Counted from the stretch's first letter, positions 39,667 through 50,257 are shown. The stretch is DNA of 64,000 nucleotides from Candidatus Sericytochromatia bacterium (GCA_046328015.1 JAXLXH010000001.1:2546350-2610349); one strand, 5' to 3'. The notes: generated from the letters alone by a model not told the origin. Numbers and translations are program-made.

Positions 39667-40368
39667 ATGAATATAAAAAAAATTAAATGTGAAATTAAAA
39701 ATATAACAAAAAATTTTTCAAAAGGAAAAATATTAGATTTATGTACAGGAAATGGAGATTTTATAGATTTTATAAAAGATGAATTAAAAAACTTTTCTGA
39801 AATTATTGGAGTAGATATTCATAATAGAAATATTGAAAAAGAAAATTTTATTTATAGAAAAATGGATATTTATAATTTAAATTTTCCTCAAAATTACTTT
39901 GATATAATAACCATATCAAATTCTTTGCATCATATAGAAAATTTAGAAATAATATTTTCTTCAGTAAAAAAATATTTAAAAGAAGATGGTTTTTTTATAA
40001 TAAATGAGATGTTTTCTGACAACCAAAGTTCTCCACAGCAAACTCATGTTCTATTACATCATTTTTCAGCAGAAATAAATAAATTAGAAAATATTTATCA
40101 TAGAGAAACCTATAAAAAAGATGAAATTAAAAATATTATAAAAACAAATAATTTTATTATTGAAAACAAATTTGAATTTTATTTTAAAGAAAGTATCGCA
40201 GGAAATCAAATTTCAGAACTTATAGATAATTTATTAAAAAAAGTTCCGCAAGAAAAAAAAGAAGAGTTTACAACTAAATCAAAATATATAATAGAAAATT
40301 ATTTATTTTATGGTTTTCAAAATGCAACTCAATTATTATTAATAACAAAACCTAATAAAAGTATTTAA
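39667..40368 (+). CDS. class I SAM-dependent methyltransferase
   Basis: Motif I 'ILDLCTGNGDF', post-I 'IIGVDI', 'ISNSLHH'. Substrate unknown. Confidence 0.65.
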   Translation: MNIKKIKCEIKNITKNFSKGKILDLCTGNGDFIDFIKDELKNFSEIIGVDIHNRNIEKENFIYRKMDIYNLNFPQNYFDIITISNSLHHIENLEIIFSSVKKYLKEDGFFIINEMFSDNQSSPQQTHVLLHHFSAEINKLENIYHRETYKKDEIKNIIKTNNFIIENKFEFYFKESIAGNQISELIDNLLKKVPQEKKEEFTTKSKYIIENYLFYGFQNATQLLLITKPNKSI

Positions 40369-40487
40369 ATCACAAAAAGCTATATTTTAAAGAATAAAAT
40401 ATTTTATTTTATTTTTATTAGTTTTATAAGGAAGAATAAAATTATAAAAGTATTTCTAAATTATAAAAGTCAACTTTTAGAATACAT

Positions 40488-40510
40488 AAGTTTCCGCGCG
40501 GAAACTTGTA
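40488..40510. repeat. GC-rich palindrome 'aagtttccgcgcggaaacttgta' (family E); probable bidirectional terminator between convergent genes
   Basis: Perfect 9-bp stem gtttccgcg/cgcggaaac. Located between the 40368 (+) stop and the 40527 (-) stop. Confidence 0.55.
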
Positions 40511-40526
40511 TCTTCTAGATCAAATT

Positions 40527-40982
40527 TTACTCGTAAGTTTTACCTTTTACTTTTATATATCCACTAGGATGTTTTGGATTATCTGACTTATGTGTCCAAT
40601 GTAAAACCATTTCTGGTTGAGCATTTATAATTAAATCACCTTTTATTTCTACATTATCATTTACTTCTAATGGAACATAAGGTGCATAAGTTGTATCATG
40701 AGCAACTTTTATTATTTTTCCAGCATATTTTCCTTGAGTAAACTTAATTTTAAAAAGCTCATGTTTTAGTCCATCATTATCATCTGGTAATTTTTCAGTA
40801 ACTGTACCAAAATAAATACCATGTTCTATTATACTTTGAGGATTTCCTTTTTTTGCCTGAATAATAGTCTGAGCTAAAGTTTGATTCTGCTCTAAATTTT
40901 GCTCAGGTAAAATTTGTAAACTCTCTTGATTAGAACAACTAATTAAAAATAATGTTAAAATAAATAATGATATTTTTTTCAT
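40527..40982 (-). CDS. hypothetical lipoprotein
   Basis: Lipobox 'LFLISCSNQ'. No family recognised. Confidence 0.5.
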   Translation of the reverse strand: MKKISLFILTLFLISCSNQESLQILPEQNLEQNQTLAQTIIQAKKGNPQSIIEHGIYFGTVTEKLPDDNDGLKHELFKIKFTQGKYAGKIIKVAHDTTYAPYVPLEVNDNVEIKGDLIINAQPEMVLHWTHKSDNPKHPSGYIKVKGKTYE

Positions 40983-41088
40983 AAACTATTCCTATAATAA
41001 TACACATATTTATCTTAACAAAAATAGCTTAATTTAATATTATTTAGATATTAAGTTTTATAGTAAAAAGGGGAATTCCCCCTTTTTA

Positions 41089-41631
41089 CTATTTTTTTAA
41101 AGGCATTATACTTTCTATAATATCTCTTTCTACTTCTATATTTTTAGTTTCATCGCCATCTTGCCAATATAAAATATAAGCAGCGAAATTATTAGAACTA
41201 TTTGGATCAATAAAACCTAATACAGCAAAATTTACTCCTTTTCCATTTAAAAATCCTTCTCCTAAAATTTCATAACCGCTAAAACCATTTAAATTTCTTT
41301 TTTTATCAGATGTTATTTTAAGACCTTTTTTATCTAAACCTAAATCTTCAAATGCAGCTTGAGCTACATCATGTTCATTTACAGTATTATCTTTCCAAGG
41401 ATAAATTTCAAAAGTTAAACTTTTATTTTCTGCTATATATTTAGTTGTAGTATTTTCTGTTTCTTTCAAATCTGATGGTAAAGAAAATTTTAAATTATAT
41501 TGAGTCCAATTAACATCTTCCCAAGCAGTATCTGTTCTTGGTCCAGCATTTGCAACTGAAGTCATAATAATAAAAGGAGAAATTAAAGCTACTAAATACT
41601 TAGAAATTTTTTTTGATTTAAAAAAGTTCAA
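41089..41631 (-). CDS. hypothetical secreted protein
   Basis: Signal peptide ending '...MTSVANA'. No family recognised. Confidence 0.5.
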   Translation of the reverse strand: MNFFKSKKISKYLVALISPFIIMTSVANAGPRTDTAWEDVNWTQYNLKFSLPSDLKETENTTTKYIAENKSLTFEIYPWKDNTVNEHDVAQAAFEDLGLDKKGLKITSDKKRNLNGFSGYEILGEGFLNGKGVNFAVLGFIDPNSSNNFAAYILYWQDGDETKNIEVERDIIESIMPLKK

Positions 41632-41758
41632 GGTAAAATCCTCTTTGATAAATATAAAGATAAATTAATATTATTTCTTTGAAGCAATTAAGTCAATATT
41701 AAATTTCTTATTTAGATAAAAATATGTGATAATTAATTAGTAAAATTATAGTTTTTTA

Positions 41759-43255
41759 GTGAAAATGAAAAAAGATTTTGAAACTTACAATCAATTCAAT
41801 GATATTTTAAATAAAGAAAAACATAAAACAAAAGATAATAAATTAAATTCTCATGAAAGATTAGCTATTTTATTTGATAATGGAGAATTTAAAGAAATAT
41901 TCAAATATTCAAGTTTATCTAATTTTGCTGAAAATTTTAACGATGGAGTAGTTTGTGCTTTTGGTAATGTAAATAATAAACCTATTATGGCTTATGCTAC
42001 AGATTTTTCTTTTGAAGGTGGCAGTATTGGAATTCATCAAGCTAAACAAATATCAGAAATTTATAGATTAGCAAAAAATCATGGAATACCTATAGTTGGT
42101 TTACTAGAATCTGGTGGGGCAAAACTAACTGAATCTATTCATATTATGGAATCTTATGCAGGTATTTTAAAAGATGCTGTTTTTGCTTCAGGTTATATAC
42201 CACAAATAGCTTGTACATTTGGTCATTGCATAGGAGCTACAGCTTTTTTAGCCTTATTAAATGATTTTATAGTTATGGAAAAAAATTCTAATATATCAAT
42301 AGCCGGAGCTAATATAAATAAACAAGCTACAGGAGAAGATCTTACTCAAGAAGAAATAGGTGGAACTGATATTCATACTAAACATTCTGGAGCAGCTCAT
42401 TTTGTTGAACTTGGAGAAGAAAATAGTATTAAAAAAGTAAGAGAAATACTAAGTTGGTTACCTCAAAATAACAAAGAAAAAAGTTTTATAAAAATAACAG
42501 AAGATTCTGAAAATAGAGAAGAAGAAAGTATTTTTAATATTTTACCAGAAGATGAAATGAAACCATTTGACATAAAAAAATTAGTTAAATTATTTACAGA
42601 TAATAATGAATTTTTAGAAATACAAAAAGATTTTGCTAAAAATATAATAATAGGTTTTGCCAGATTTTCAGGTATTCCTGTTGGAATAATAGCTAATCAA
42701 CCAGCTTATATGGGTGGGGCTTTAGATAGTAAAGCTTTTAAAAAAGTAACTAAATTTATAAATATATTATCAAATTATAATTTACCTATGATTAGTTTTG
42801 TAGATGTACCTGGTGCAGTACCAACATCTGAAGAACATAAAAAAGGTATTTTAAATTTAGGAGCTGCTTATTTACAAGCTTTGGGACATCATAAAGAATT
42901 AAAATTAAGTATTCTTGTAAGAAAATGTTTTGGTGGAACATATAGTATGATTAACCCTAAAATTTCAGGTGGTGATATTATTTATGCTTATCCTAATGCT
43001 TCAGTTGGAATAATGAGTGAAAGAGCTATGGCTACTATATTAGGTGAAAATTCAAAAATAAAACAAAAAATGGATCTATTACATGAAAAAGGATTAAGAT
43101 TAGATCATCCTGTTTTTGCTGTATCATCATCATATATAGATGATATTATTGATCCTAAAAAAACTAGAATTGAAATAATAAAGGTATTAAAAGCATTTAA
43201 AAATAAATATTTAATTGATATTCCAGATAAAAAAGTTTTTAATTTCCCTTTATAA
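41759..43255 (+). CDS. acyl-CoA carboxylase carboxyltransferase subunit (propionyl-CoA carboxylase beta / methylmalonyl-CoA decarboxylase alpha type)
   Basis: Two crotonase-like carboxyltransferase halves with Gly-rich oxyanion regions ('LLESGGAKL', 'VDVPGAVP'). Length is about 500 aa. Confidence 0.75.
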   Translation: MKMKKDFETYNQFNDILNKEKHKTKDNKLNSHERLAILFDNGEFKEIFKYSSLSNFAENFNDGVVCAFGNVNNKPIMAYATDFSFEGGSIGIHQAKQISEIYRLAKNHGIPIVGLLESGGAKLTESIHIMESYAGILKDAVFASGYIPQIACTFGHCIGATAFLALLNDFIVMEKNSNISIAGANINKQATGEDLTQEEIGGTDIHTKHSGAAHFVELGEENSIKKVREILSWLPQNNKEKSFIKITEDSENREEESIFNILPEDEMKPFDIKKLVKLFTDNNEFLEIQKDFAKNIIIGFARFSGIPVGIIANQPAYMGGALDSKAFKKVTKFINILSNYNLPMISFVDVPGAVPTSEEHKKGILNLGAAYLQALGHHKELKLSILVRKCFGGTYSMINPKISGGDIIYAYPNASVGIMSERAMATILGENSKIKQKMDLLHEKGLRLDHPVFAVSSSYIDDIIDPKKTRIEIIKVLKAFKNKYLIDIPDKKVFNFPL

Positions 43256-43422
43256 ATTAGATTAGTTTTTAAAATAATCTTAAATTTTCGCTAAAAAACT
43301 ACTAATTATCTACTAATAATTTTTTAAGCTTTATTATGATATAATCCTATATATAAAATATAAATGATTATATTTAGTATTTAAATATTTATAGTGTATA
43401 AAACACTGGAGAATATTATTTT

Positions 43423-44241
43423 ATGAGTAATAAAAAATTAATTTTAAGTATTAGTTTATTTCTGTTTATTTTTTCTTGTTCAAATCCTAATCAATTAAAT
43501 TTACTTCAGACTGATAAAGCCTCATTATTAAAAGTAAACACTACAGATTCTAATAAAAATAACGAAGTTTTAAATAAATTAAAAGATATTTTAGAAAAAA
43601 ATGGGAAAATATCTGATGAAGATATAAATATAACAGTATATAATTCTGTTGTTGCTTCTGTTGTTGGTATTAATACAACAAGTGTAGAAAAAGGTTTTTT
43701 TAGACAAAATGTGGTAAAAGGTTCTGGTTCTGGTTTTATTATAAGTAAAAAGGGACATATTTTAACAAATTACCATGTAGTTAATAATACTACCAAATTA
43801 CAAGTAGTTTTATCTAATAAAAAAGCCTATTCTGCTAAAGTTATAGGTGGAAATGAAATTACTGATGTGGCTGTTATAAAAATAGAAGCTTCTGAAAGTG
43901 AATTAAATTCAGCTAATTTAGGTGATTCTTCAAATATTTCAGTTGGACAAAAAGTTCTAGCTATTGGTAGTCCTTATGGGTTGTTAGGAACTTTAACCAC
44001 AGGAATTATAAGTTCCATTAATAGAAAATTACCTACTGAAGATGGTACTGAACTAGAAGGAATTATCCAAACTGATGCAGCTATTAATCCTGGTAATTCA
44101 GGTGGACCTTTAATTAATTCAAAAGGTGAAATAATTGGAATAAACACAGCTATATTTTCTCCTAATGGTGGAAGTGTGGGTATAGGATTTGCTATTCCTA
44201 TTAATAAGGTAAAAGATTTTCTAAAAACAATATCTTTATAA
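43423..44241 (+). CDS. trypsin-like serine protease lipoprotein (S1C-like, no PDZ)
   Basis: Lipobox 'FIFSCS'. Catalytic His 'LTNYHVV', Asp 'ITDVAVIKI', Ser 'GNSGGPL'. Confidence 0.75.
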   Translation: MSNKKLILSISLFLFIFSCSNPNQLNLLQTDKASLLKVNTTDSNKNNEVLNKLKDILEKNGKISDEDINITVYNSVVASVVGINTTSVEKGFFRQNVVKGSGSGFIISKKGHILTNYHVVNNTTKLQVVLSNKKAYSAKVIGGNEITDVAVIKIEASESELNSANLGDSSNISVGQKVLAIGSPYGLLGTLTTGIISSINRKLPTEDGTELEGIIQTDAAINPGNSGGPLINSKGEIIGINTAIFSPNGGSVGIGFAIPINKVKDFLKTISL

Positions 44242-44244
44242 TAA

Positions 44245-44910
44245 ATGGAAAATATAAAAGAAAATAAAAGTTATTACAATGTTAATAGCTTTTATTTATT
44301 ATTTTTTAAAAGATTTTTTGATATTATATTATCTATTAGTTTAATTACTTTATTTTTACCTTTTTTTATTTTAATTCCAATATGTATAAAATTATCATCA
44401 AAAGGTAATATTTTTTTTAAACAAGAAAGGGTAACTCAAAATAACAAAAAATTTTATATGTATAAATTTAGATCTATGATTGAAAATGCAGAATTAGATA
44501 CAGGTCCCATATTTGCTGATAATAATGATAAAAGATGTACAAAAATAGGTTTAATTTTAAGAAAATTAAGTTTAGATGAAATACCGCAATTTTTTAATGT
44601 TTTAAAAGGAGATATGAGTTTAGTTGGTCCAAGACCAGAAAGACCTTATTATATAGATATTTTTAGTAAAGATATACCTAATTATAACAATAGACATTCA
44701 GTTAAAACAGGTATAACTGGATTATCTCAAATAAAAGGATTAAGGGGTAAAACTTCAATAAAAGAAAGAACTAAATATGATTTAGATTATATAAATAAAA
44801 TAAGCCTTTTTTATGATTTAAATATTATTTTTAATACAATAATTATTATTTTAGTTGAATTTATTAAATTTATTAAAACCATTTTATTGAGTCAAAAAAA
44901 AATTTTATAA
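44245..44910 (+). CDS. small bacterial sugar transferase (PglC/WbaP C-terminal-domain type, phosphoglycosyltransferase)
   Basis: 'DEIPQFFNVLKGDMSLVGPRPERP' signature of the bacterial sugar transferase family. N-terminal re-entrant helix. Confidence 0.8.
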   Translation: MENIKENKSYYNVNSFYLLFFKRFFDIILSISLITLFLPFFILIPICIKLSSKGNIFFKQERVTQNNKKFYMYKFRSMIENAELDTGPIFADNNDKRCTKIGLILRKLSLDEIPQFFNVLKGDMSLVGPRPERPYYIDIFSKDIPNYNNRHSVKTGITGLSQIKGLRGKTSIKERTKYDLDYINKISLFYDLNIIFNTIIIILVEFIKFIKTILLSQKKIL

Positions 44911-44971
44911 CTTATTAATATACTTATATTGTATAATAATAAGTGAAAATATGTTTTTTTAGGTAATTAAA

Positions 44972-46018
44972 GTGAAAGAAACAAAAGAAACTGATGCTTT
45001 ATTTAGTAAGTTTCTAATAAAAAAAGGGTATCTAACAACTGATAAATTAATGAAATGCATTGATTTTCAAACTAATTTAGACAGAAGAAATTGGATTCCT
45101 ATTGGCGATATTTTACTTAGATATAACTACATTACAGAAGAAAAATTAAACCATGCTAAAAATGAATTTAATAAAGAAAATGAAAGTAGTTCAAATCCTA
45201 ATAATAATTTTAGAGGAACTATTAATTCTAAGGAACAAGATGCTGAAATAAAAAATGCTTTAAATAAAATTCAAAAAACTTCTAATGATTTTAGAACCAC
45301 TAATTTGTCAAATAAAAATGCAAATGAAATAAAAAGTGCTATAAATAATTTACCTCAAACTAATAAACCAAATTTACCAGTACAAACTCCACCTACTGTA
45401 AACAAAGTAAACTTAGTTAATCCTCAACAAAATCAATTAGTTAAACCAATTTTACCTAATACAAATATACAACCTAATCAAAATTTAGGTCGAATTACAT
45501 TAGGTAATTCACAACAAAATGATACTAAAAATATTCAAGAAGAAGTTAAAAAATATGCTACACCAAATAAAACAGTTCCACCACCCCCTCCTGTAGCTAT
45601 GCAAAATGCTACAAATAACCAAGTTATTAGAAAACCTATTGGAGAAATTTTAATAGAAAAAGGAATTATTACTAGATACCAATTAAGTAATGCGTTACAA
45701 TATCAATCTTCTTTAAATCCAACTAATTATAAACCCATTGGTGAAGTTATGATAGAAATGGGTTTTCTAAGTAAAACTCAATTAGATGATGCTTTAAAAG
45801 AACAACCAGAAAAAACAGGTAACGCAATTGGTGAAATATTAAAAAAATTAGGATTTATTAATGAAGCTCAACTAGCTGCTGTTTTATCTCAACAACATTC
45901 TGTTAGTGGTAAACCTATATTAATTGGAGAATTACTTGTTCAACATGGGTTTATTAGTCCAGAACAATTAGATCAAGCATTAAAAGTCCAAAAATCTATA
46001 AACAATAAGGCTATATGA
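44972..46018 (+). CDS. protein with 4-5 tandem MshEN/T2SSE_N-like repeats (putative c-di-GMP-binding modules) and Pro/Asn/Gln-rich linker
   Basis: Repeats of 'PIGE(I/V)L(I/V)E.G.I...QL..AL..Q' at five positions, matching the MshEN c-di-GMP-binding motif. GTG start. The stop overlaps the dnaE ATG. Confidence 0.65.
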   Translation: MKETKETDALFSKFLIKKGYLTTDKLMKCIDFQTNLDRRNWIPIGDILLRYNYITEEKLNHAKNEFNKENESSSNPNNNFRGTINSKEQDAEIKNALNKIQKTSNDFRTTNLSNKNANEIKSAINNLPQTNKPNLPVQTPPTVNKVNLVNPQQNQLVKPILPNTNIQPNQNLGRITLGNSQQNDTKNIQEEVKKYATPNKTVPPPPPVAMQNATNNQVIRKPIGEILIEKGIITRYQLSNALQYQSSLNPTNYKPIGEVMIEMGFLSKTQLDDALKEQPEKTGNAIGEILKKLGFINEAQLAAVLSQQHSVSGKPILIGELLVQHGFISPEQLDQALKVQKSINNKAI

Positions 46019-49000
46019 ACTACGATTTTGTCCATTGTAACTTACATTCAGAGTACTCACTTTTATCAGCTTCAAGTAAAGTTAAAGATATAGTAAAAAC
46101 CGCTAAAAATGCTGGTATGAGTGCTATCGCCATAACAGATCATAATGTTATGTATGGAGCTATAGAATTTTATAAAGCTGCTAAAGAAGCTCAAATAAAA
46201 CCTATTATAGGTTATGAAGCTTATTTAGCACCTAAAGGCATGTCTGATAAAACCACAAAAGAATATTATAATTTAGTTTTATTAGCTAAAAGCTACGAAG
46301 GTTACCAAAATTTAACTCAAATATTATCAGCTAGTTATACTGATGGATTTTATTATGTACCTAGAATTGATATGGAACTTTTATCCAAACATCATAAAGA
46401 TGTTATTGCTTTATCAGCTTGTTCTAATGGAGAAATTTTTTCATCTTTATTAAGAGGTAATTATGAAAAAGCGTTAAATATAGCTTCTAATTATAAAGAT
46501 ATTTTTGGAGATAACTATTATTTAGAAATAGAAGATCATGGAATGCAATCTCAAAAAAAAGTAAACCCCATGATTTTAAAACTTGGTAAAGAACTTGGTA
46601 TAAAAGTTGTAGCTACTAATGATTGTCATTATACAAAAAAAGATGATGCTCTAGCTTGGGAAGTTTTAACTTGTATAAAAAATGGTGTAAAACTAGATGA
46701 TAATAAGAATCCTTTAGAAGGTGAAGAACATTATATAAAAACGCCTCAAGAAATGTTTGGTGTTTTTCATGAAATACCTGAAGTTTTAAAAACTAGTTTA
46801 GAAATAGCTGAAAAATGTCATGTAATAATACCTATGGGAAAATCTATTTTACCTCATTTCCCTCTACCTCCTAACCATACAGCTGAAAGTTATTTACAAC
46901 AAACTTCATTAGAAGGTTTAAAAAGAAGATATAAAGAAATAACACCTGAAATAAATAAAAGGTTTTTTTATGAAATAGAAATAATTAATAAAATGGGTTT
47001 TGCTGCATATTTTTTAATAGTTTGGGATTATATTAATTATGCTAGAACAAAAAACATTCAAGTTGGACCAGGTAGAGGATCAGCTGCTGGTTCTATAGTA
47101 GCTTTTGCTTTGGGAATTACAGACTTAGATCCTTTACCATACAATTTACTTTTTGAAAGATTTCTTAACCCTGAAAGAATATCAATGCCCGATGTTGATA
47201 CCGATTTTTGTATTGATCGTAGAGGTGAAGTTATTCAGTATGTTACTGAAAAATATGGAGCTAAACAAGTAAGTCAAATTGTTACATTAGGAACTTTAGG
47301 GGCTAAACAAGTAATACGAGATGTTTCTAAAGTTATGGGTTATGCTGTTTCAGATTCTGAAAGATTATCAAAAATGTTACCTAAAGGGTTAAATGTTAAA
47401 TTAAAAGATGCTTTAGAAGATGGTCAAGAATTAAAAAAAGAAGTTGATAATAACCCTAAAACAAAAGAAATAGTAGATTTAGCTTTAAAATTAGAAGGTC
47501 TTTCTAGACATTCAAGTATTCATGCTGCTGGGGTTGTTATTTCTAAAGATCCTTTAGATACGATAGTTCCTTTAGAAAAAGGAAAAGAAGGAGGTTTAGT
47601 TGCCCAATTTCAGATGAGCGATTTAGATAAATTAGGTCTTTTAAAAATGGACTTTTTAGGTCTAAGAAATTTAACTATGATTGCAAGCTCTTTGGAAATC
47701 ATAAAAGAAACTAGAGGATTTGATTTAGATATAAATAATGTTCCCTTTGATGATAAAAAAACTTACGATTTATTAGAATCTGGTCAAACTATTGGGGTAT
47801 TCCAATTGGAATCACAAGGTATGCAAAAGCTTGTATCTCAATTACAACCAAACCTTTTTGAAGAAATTATCGCTCTTATAGCACTTTATCGTCCTGGTCC
47901 TTTGGGCAGTGGAATGGTTGAGGATTTTGTTGAAAGAAAACATGGCAGACAAGAAATAAAATATCCTCATCCTAGTATAGAAAATGTTTTAAAAGATACT
48001 TATGGTCTTATAATCTATCAAGAACAGATAATGCAAATATCTCAAATAATTGCTGGTTATACATTAGGGCAAGCTGATATTTTAAGAAAAGCTATGGGTA
48101 AAAAGCAACTTGATGAAATGATGAAGCAAAGAGAAACATTTTTATCCGGTTCTTCTAAAAATGGCATAGCTACAGAATTAGCAAATAGTCTTTTTGACAC
48201 TATGGAAAAATTTGCTGAATATGGTTTTAATAAATCTCATAGTGCTGCTTATGCTGTTGTTACTTACAGAACAGCTTATTTAAAAGCTAATTATCCTGTT
48301 GAATATATGGCTGCTTTAATATCTAGTGTTATGAACAACCCAGATAAAGTACCTCTTTATACTTCTGAAGCAAGAAGAATGGGAATTGAAATTTTACCAC
48401 CAGATGTAAATTCTAGTGATTTAGGTTTTAAGGTATCAAAAAATTCTATAAGATTTGGTTTGAAAGCTATAAAAGGAGTAGGTGAAAATGTTATTGAATC
48501 TATTATAGAAGTTCGAAAGAAAAATGGTAATTATAAGTCTTTATATGATTTTTGTAAAAATGTTAAAGGTGGCATAAATAAAAGAGGTTTGGAATCTCTT
48601 ATAAAAGGTGGTGCTTTTGATTCTATTAATAAAAATAGAAAACAATTATTAGAAGGTTTAAGCCTTACTTATGAAACAGCTGTAAAAAAGCAAAAAGAAG
48701 AAGCTTCAGGACAAACCTCTTTATTTGGAATGACTCAAGAAGATGGAACTAATTTTGATGAAGCTCCAGAATTACCTAATGTAGAACCCTATCATGAAGA
48801 AGAAAAATTAAAAATAGAAAAAGAAGTATTAGGTTTATTTGTTTCTGGACATCCTTTGGATAAATGTAGAGGACAAATAGAAAAATTTTGTACTCAAAAA
48901 GTATCAGATTTAGCTGAATTAGCAGATGGAGCTAATGTTACTATAGGTGGAATGATAAATGGTTATAGAACCATACTTACTAAAAAAATGGATACTATGG

Positions 49001-49404
49001 CTGTTTTTACTTTAGAAGATCTTACTGGTTCTATAGAAGTTGTTGTTTATCCTGATACTTGGAATAAATTTAATCAGTTTTTGGCTAATGATGAAAAAAT
49101 AATGATAACAGGTAAATTATCTTCGAAAGAAGATGAATTAAAAATATTTTTATCTTCTACAAATAGTTTGAATAAAATACAATATTTAGAAATAATGTTA
49201 GATGAATTAATTACTCCTATGAAATTAGTATCTATGAGAGCAGTACTTCAAGAAAGTAATGGAGATATTCCTGTTATTATTAATTACCCTTCTCATAATA
49301 TAGAAATTATTACTAGTAAAGATTTTTGGATTAAACCTACTGTTGAAATATTAAACAAATTAAAAGAAGAACTTGGTGAAGACAAGGTTTTACTAAAAAC
49401 TTAA
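46015..49404 (+). CDS. dnaE: DNA polymerase III alpha subunit
   Basis: PHP domain (CNLHSEYS..AITDHN), palm 'PDVDTDF', fingers, OB-fold. 1129 aa. Confidence 0.95.
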   Translation: MNYDFVHCNLHSEYSLLSASSKVKDIVKTAKNAGMSAIAITDHNVMYGAIEFYKAAKEAQIKPIIGYEAYLAPKGMSDKTTKEYYNLVLLAKSYEGYQNLTQILSASYTDGFYYVPRIDMELLSKHHKDVIALSACSNGEIFSSLLRGNYEKALNIASNYKDIFGDNYYLEIEDHGMQSQKKVNPMILKLGKELGIKVVATNDCHYTKKDDALAWEVLTCIKNGVKLDDNKNPLEGEEHYIKTPQEMFGVFHEIPEVLKTSLEIAEKCHVIIPMGKSILPHFPLPPNHTAESYLQQTSLEGLKRRYKEITPEINKRFFYEIEIINKMGFAAYFLIVWDYINYARTKNIQVGPGRGSAAGSIVAFALGITDLDPLPYNLLFERFLNPERISMPDVDTDFCIDRRGEVIQYVTEKYGAKQVSQIVTLGTLGAKQVIRDVSKVMGYAVSDSERLSKMLPKGLNVKLKDALEDGQELKKEVDNNPKTKEIVDLALKLEGLSRHSSIHAAGVVISKDPLDTIVPLEKGKEGGLVAQFQMSDLDKLGLLKMDFLGLRNLTMIASSLEIIKETRGFDLDINNVPFDDKKTYDLLESGQTIGVFQLESQGMQKLVSQLQPNLFEEIIALIALYRPGPLGSGMVEDFVERKHGRQEIKYPHPSIENVLKDTYGLIIYQEQIMQISQIIAGYTLGQADILRKAMGKKQLDEMMKQRETFLSGSSKNGIATELANSLFDTMEKFAEYGFNKSHSAAYAVVTYRTAYLKANYPVEYMAALISSVMNNPDKVPLYTSEARRMGIEILPPDVNSSDLGFKVSKNSIRFGLKAIKGVGENVIESIIEVRKKNGNYKSLYDFCKNVKGGINKRGLESLIKGGAFDSINKNRKQLLEGLSLTYETAVKKQKEEASGQTSLFGMTQEDGTNFDEAPELPNVEPYHEEEKLKIEKEVLGLFVSGHPLDKCRGQIEKFCTQKVSDLAELADGANVTIGGMINGYRTILTKKMDTMAVFTLEDLTGSIEVVVYPDTWNKFNQFLANDEKIMITGKLSSKEDELKIFLSSTNSLNKIQYLEIMLDELITPMKLVSMRAVLQESNGDIPVIINYPSHNIEIITSKDFWIKPTVEILNKLKEELGEDKVLLKT

Positions 49405-49476
49405 TTATAGGCTATTGTTTTTTATCTTTTATCATCTTATAATTGTGTAAACATAGAGTTTTTATAAGGAGTATTT

Positions 49477-49821
49477 ATGGCAAACGTACCACAAAGACCA
49501 CAACCAGCTCAACCACCTCAAGCTAAACCTCAAGCTCAGCCAGCAGGAGGCGGTGGTAATTCACAAGGTTTAACACCAGATGATTTACTTGCTAGAGACT
49601 TTAATACTTTAGCTAAACCTGCTAATTTATTCAGATTTAGAATAGACAAAGATAATGTTGTTATCGATTTTGGTTATTTACCTCCTATTATTCAAAACGA
49701 AATTGATAGATTAACAAAAGATGTTGTTAACGTTCATACAAGAATTGCTATTCAATTTGAATTAGCTAAACAAATGGCTGAAAAATTAGTTGAAACTATA
49801 AAAGAAGCTGAAGAAATGTAA
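49477..49821 (+). CDS. hypothetical protein with Pro/Gln-rich N-terminus
   Basis: SD 'aaggag'. ORF ends at the terminator at 49822-49856. Confidence 0.45.
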   Translation: MANVPQRPQPAQPPQAKPQAQPAGGGGNSQGLTPDDLLARDFNTLAKPANLFRFRIDKDNVVIDFGYLPPIIQNEIDRLTKDVVNVHTRIAIQFELAKQMAEKLVETIKEAEEM

Positions 49822-49856
49822 AAAAAAAAGATGCTTATACAGCATCTTTTTTTTAA
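49822..49856. terminator. bidirectional rho-independent terminator between convergent genes
   Basis: 'aaaaaaaaagatgcttatacagcatctttttttt' is a hairpin aagatgct/agcatctt flanked by A9 and T8. Confidence 0.75.
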
Positions 49857-50182
49857 ATATTTATTTCTCCCAAAACTTCTAACTTATAGTTAGGAGGAAC
49901 TTCCATATAAGATATAACTTGAATTCTTGGATATTTTCTTTCTATTAATCTTCTAAAATATAATCTTATATCTGGTTTACAAATAATAGGAACACCTTTT
50001 AAACCAACAGATAATAATATTTCTTCTTTTTCATCTATACTTTTATATAAATTTACGCTTTCAACTCCACTTATCTCTATTCTAGTTCCATTATCATCTC
50101 TAATAATTTTATTTCTTAATAAATCTTCTAAACTTTGAGAAAGAGTTAAAACTTTTAGTGGAATTCTATTATCTTCAGACAT
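49853..50182 (-). CDS. hypothetical protein (109 aa)
   Basis: ORF with a coding-like composition. Ends at the terminator. No family recognised. Confidence 0.45.
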   Translation of the reverse strand: MSEDNRIPLKVLTLSQSLEDLLRNKIIRDDNGTRIEISGVESVNLYKSIDEKEEILLSVGLKGVPIICKPDIRLYFRRLIERKYPRIQVISYMEVPPNYKLEVLGEINI

Positions 50183-50257
50183 TTTATAAAATCTATAATA
50201 TAAATATTTTAAAGTATTTTATTATACATTAAATAAAAAAAATTAGATACTAAAAAA

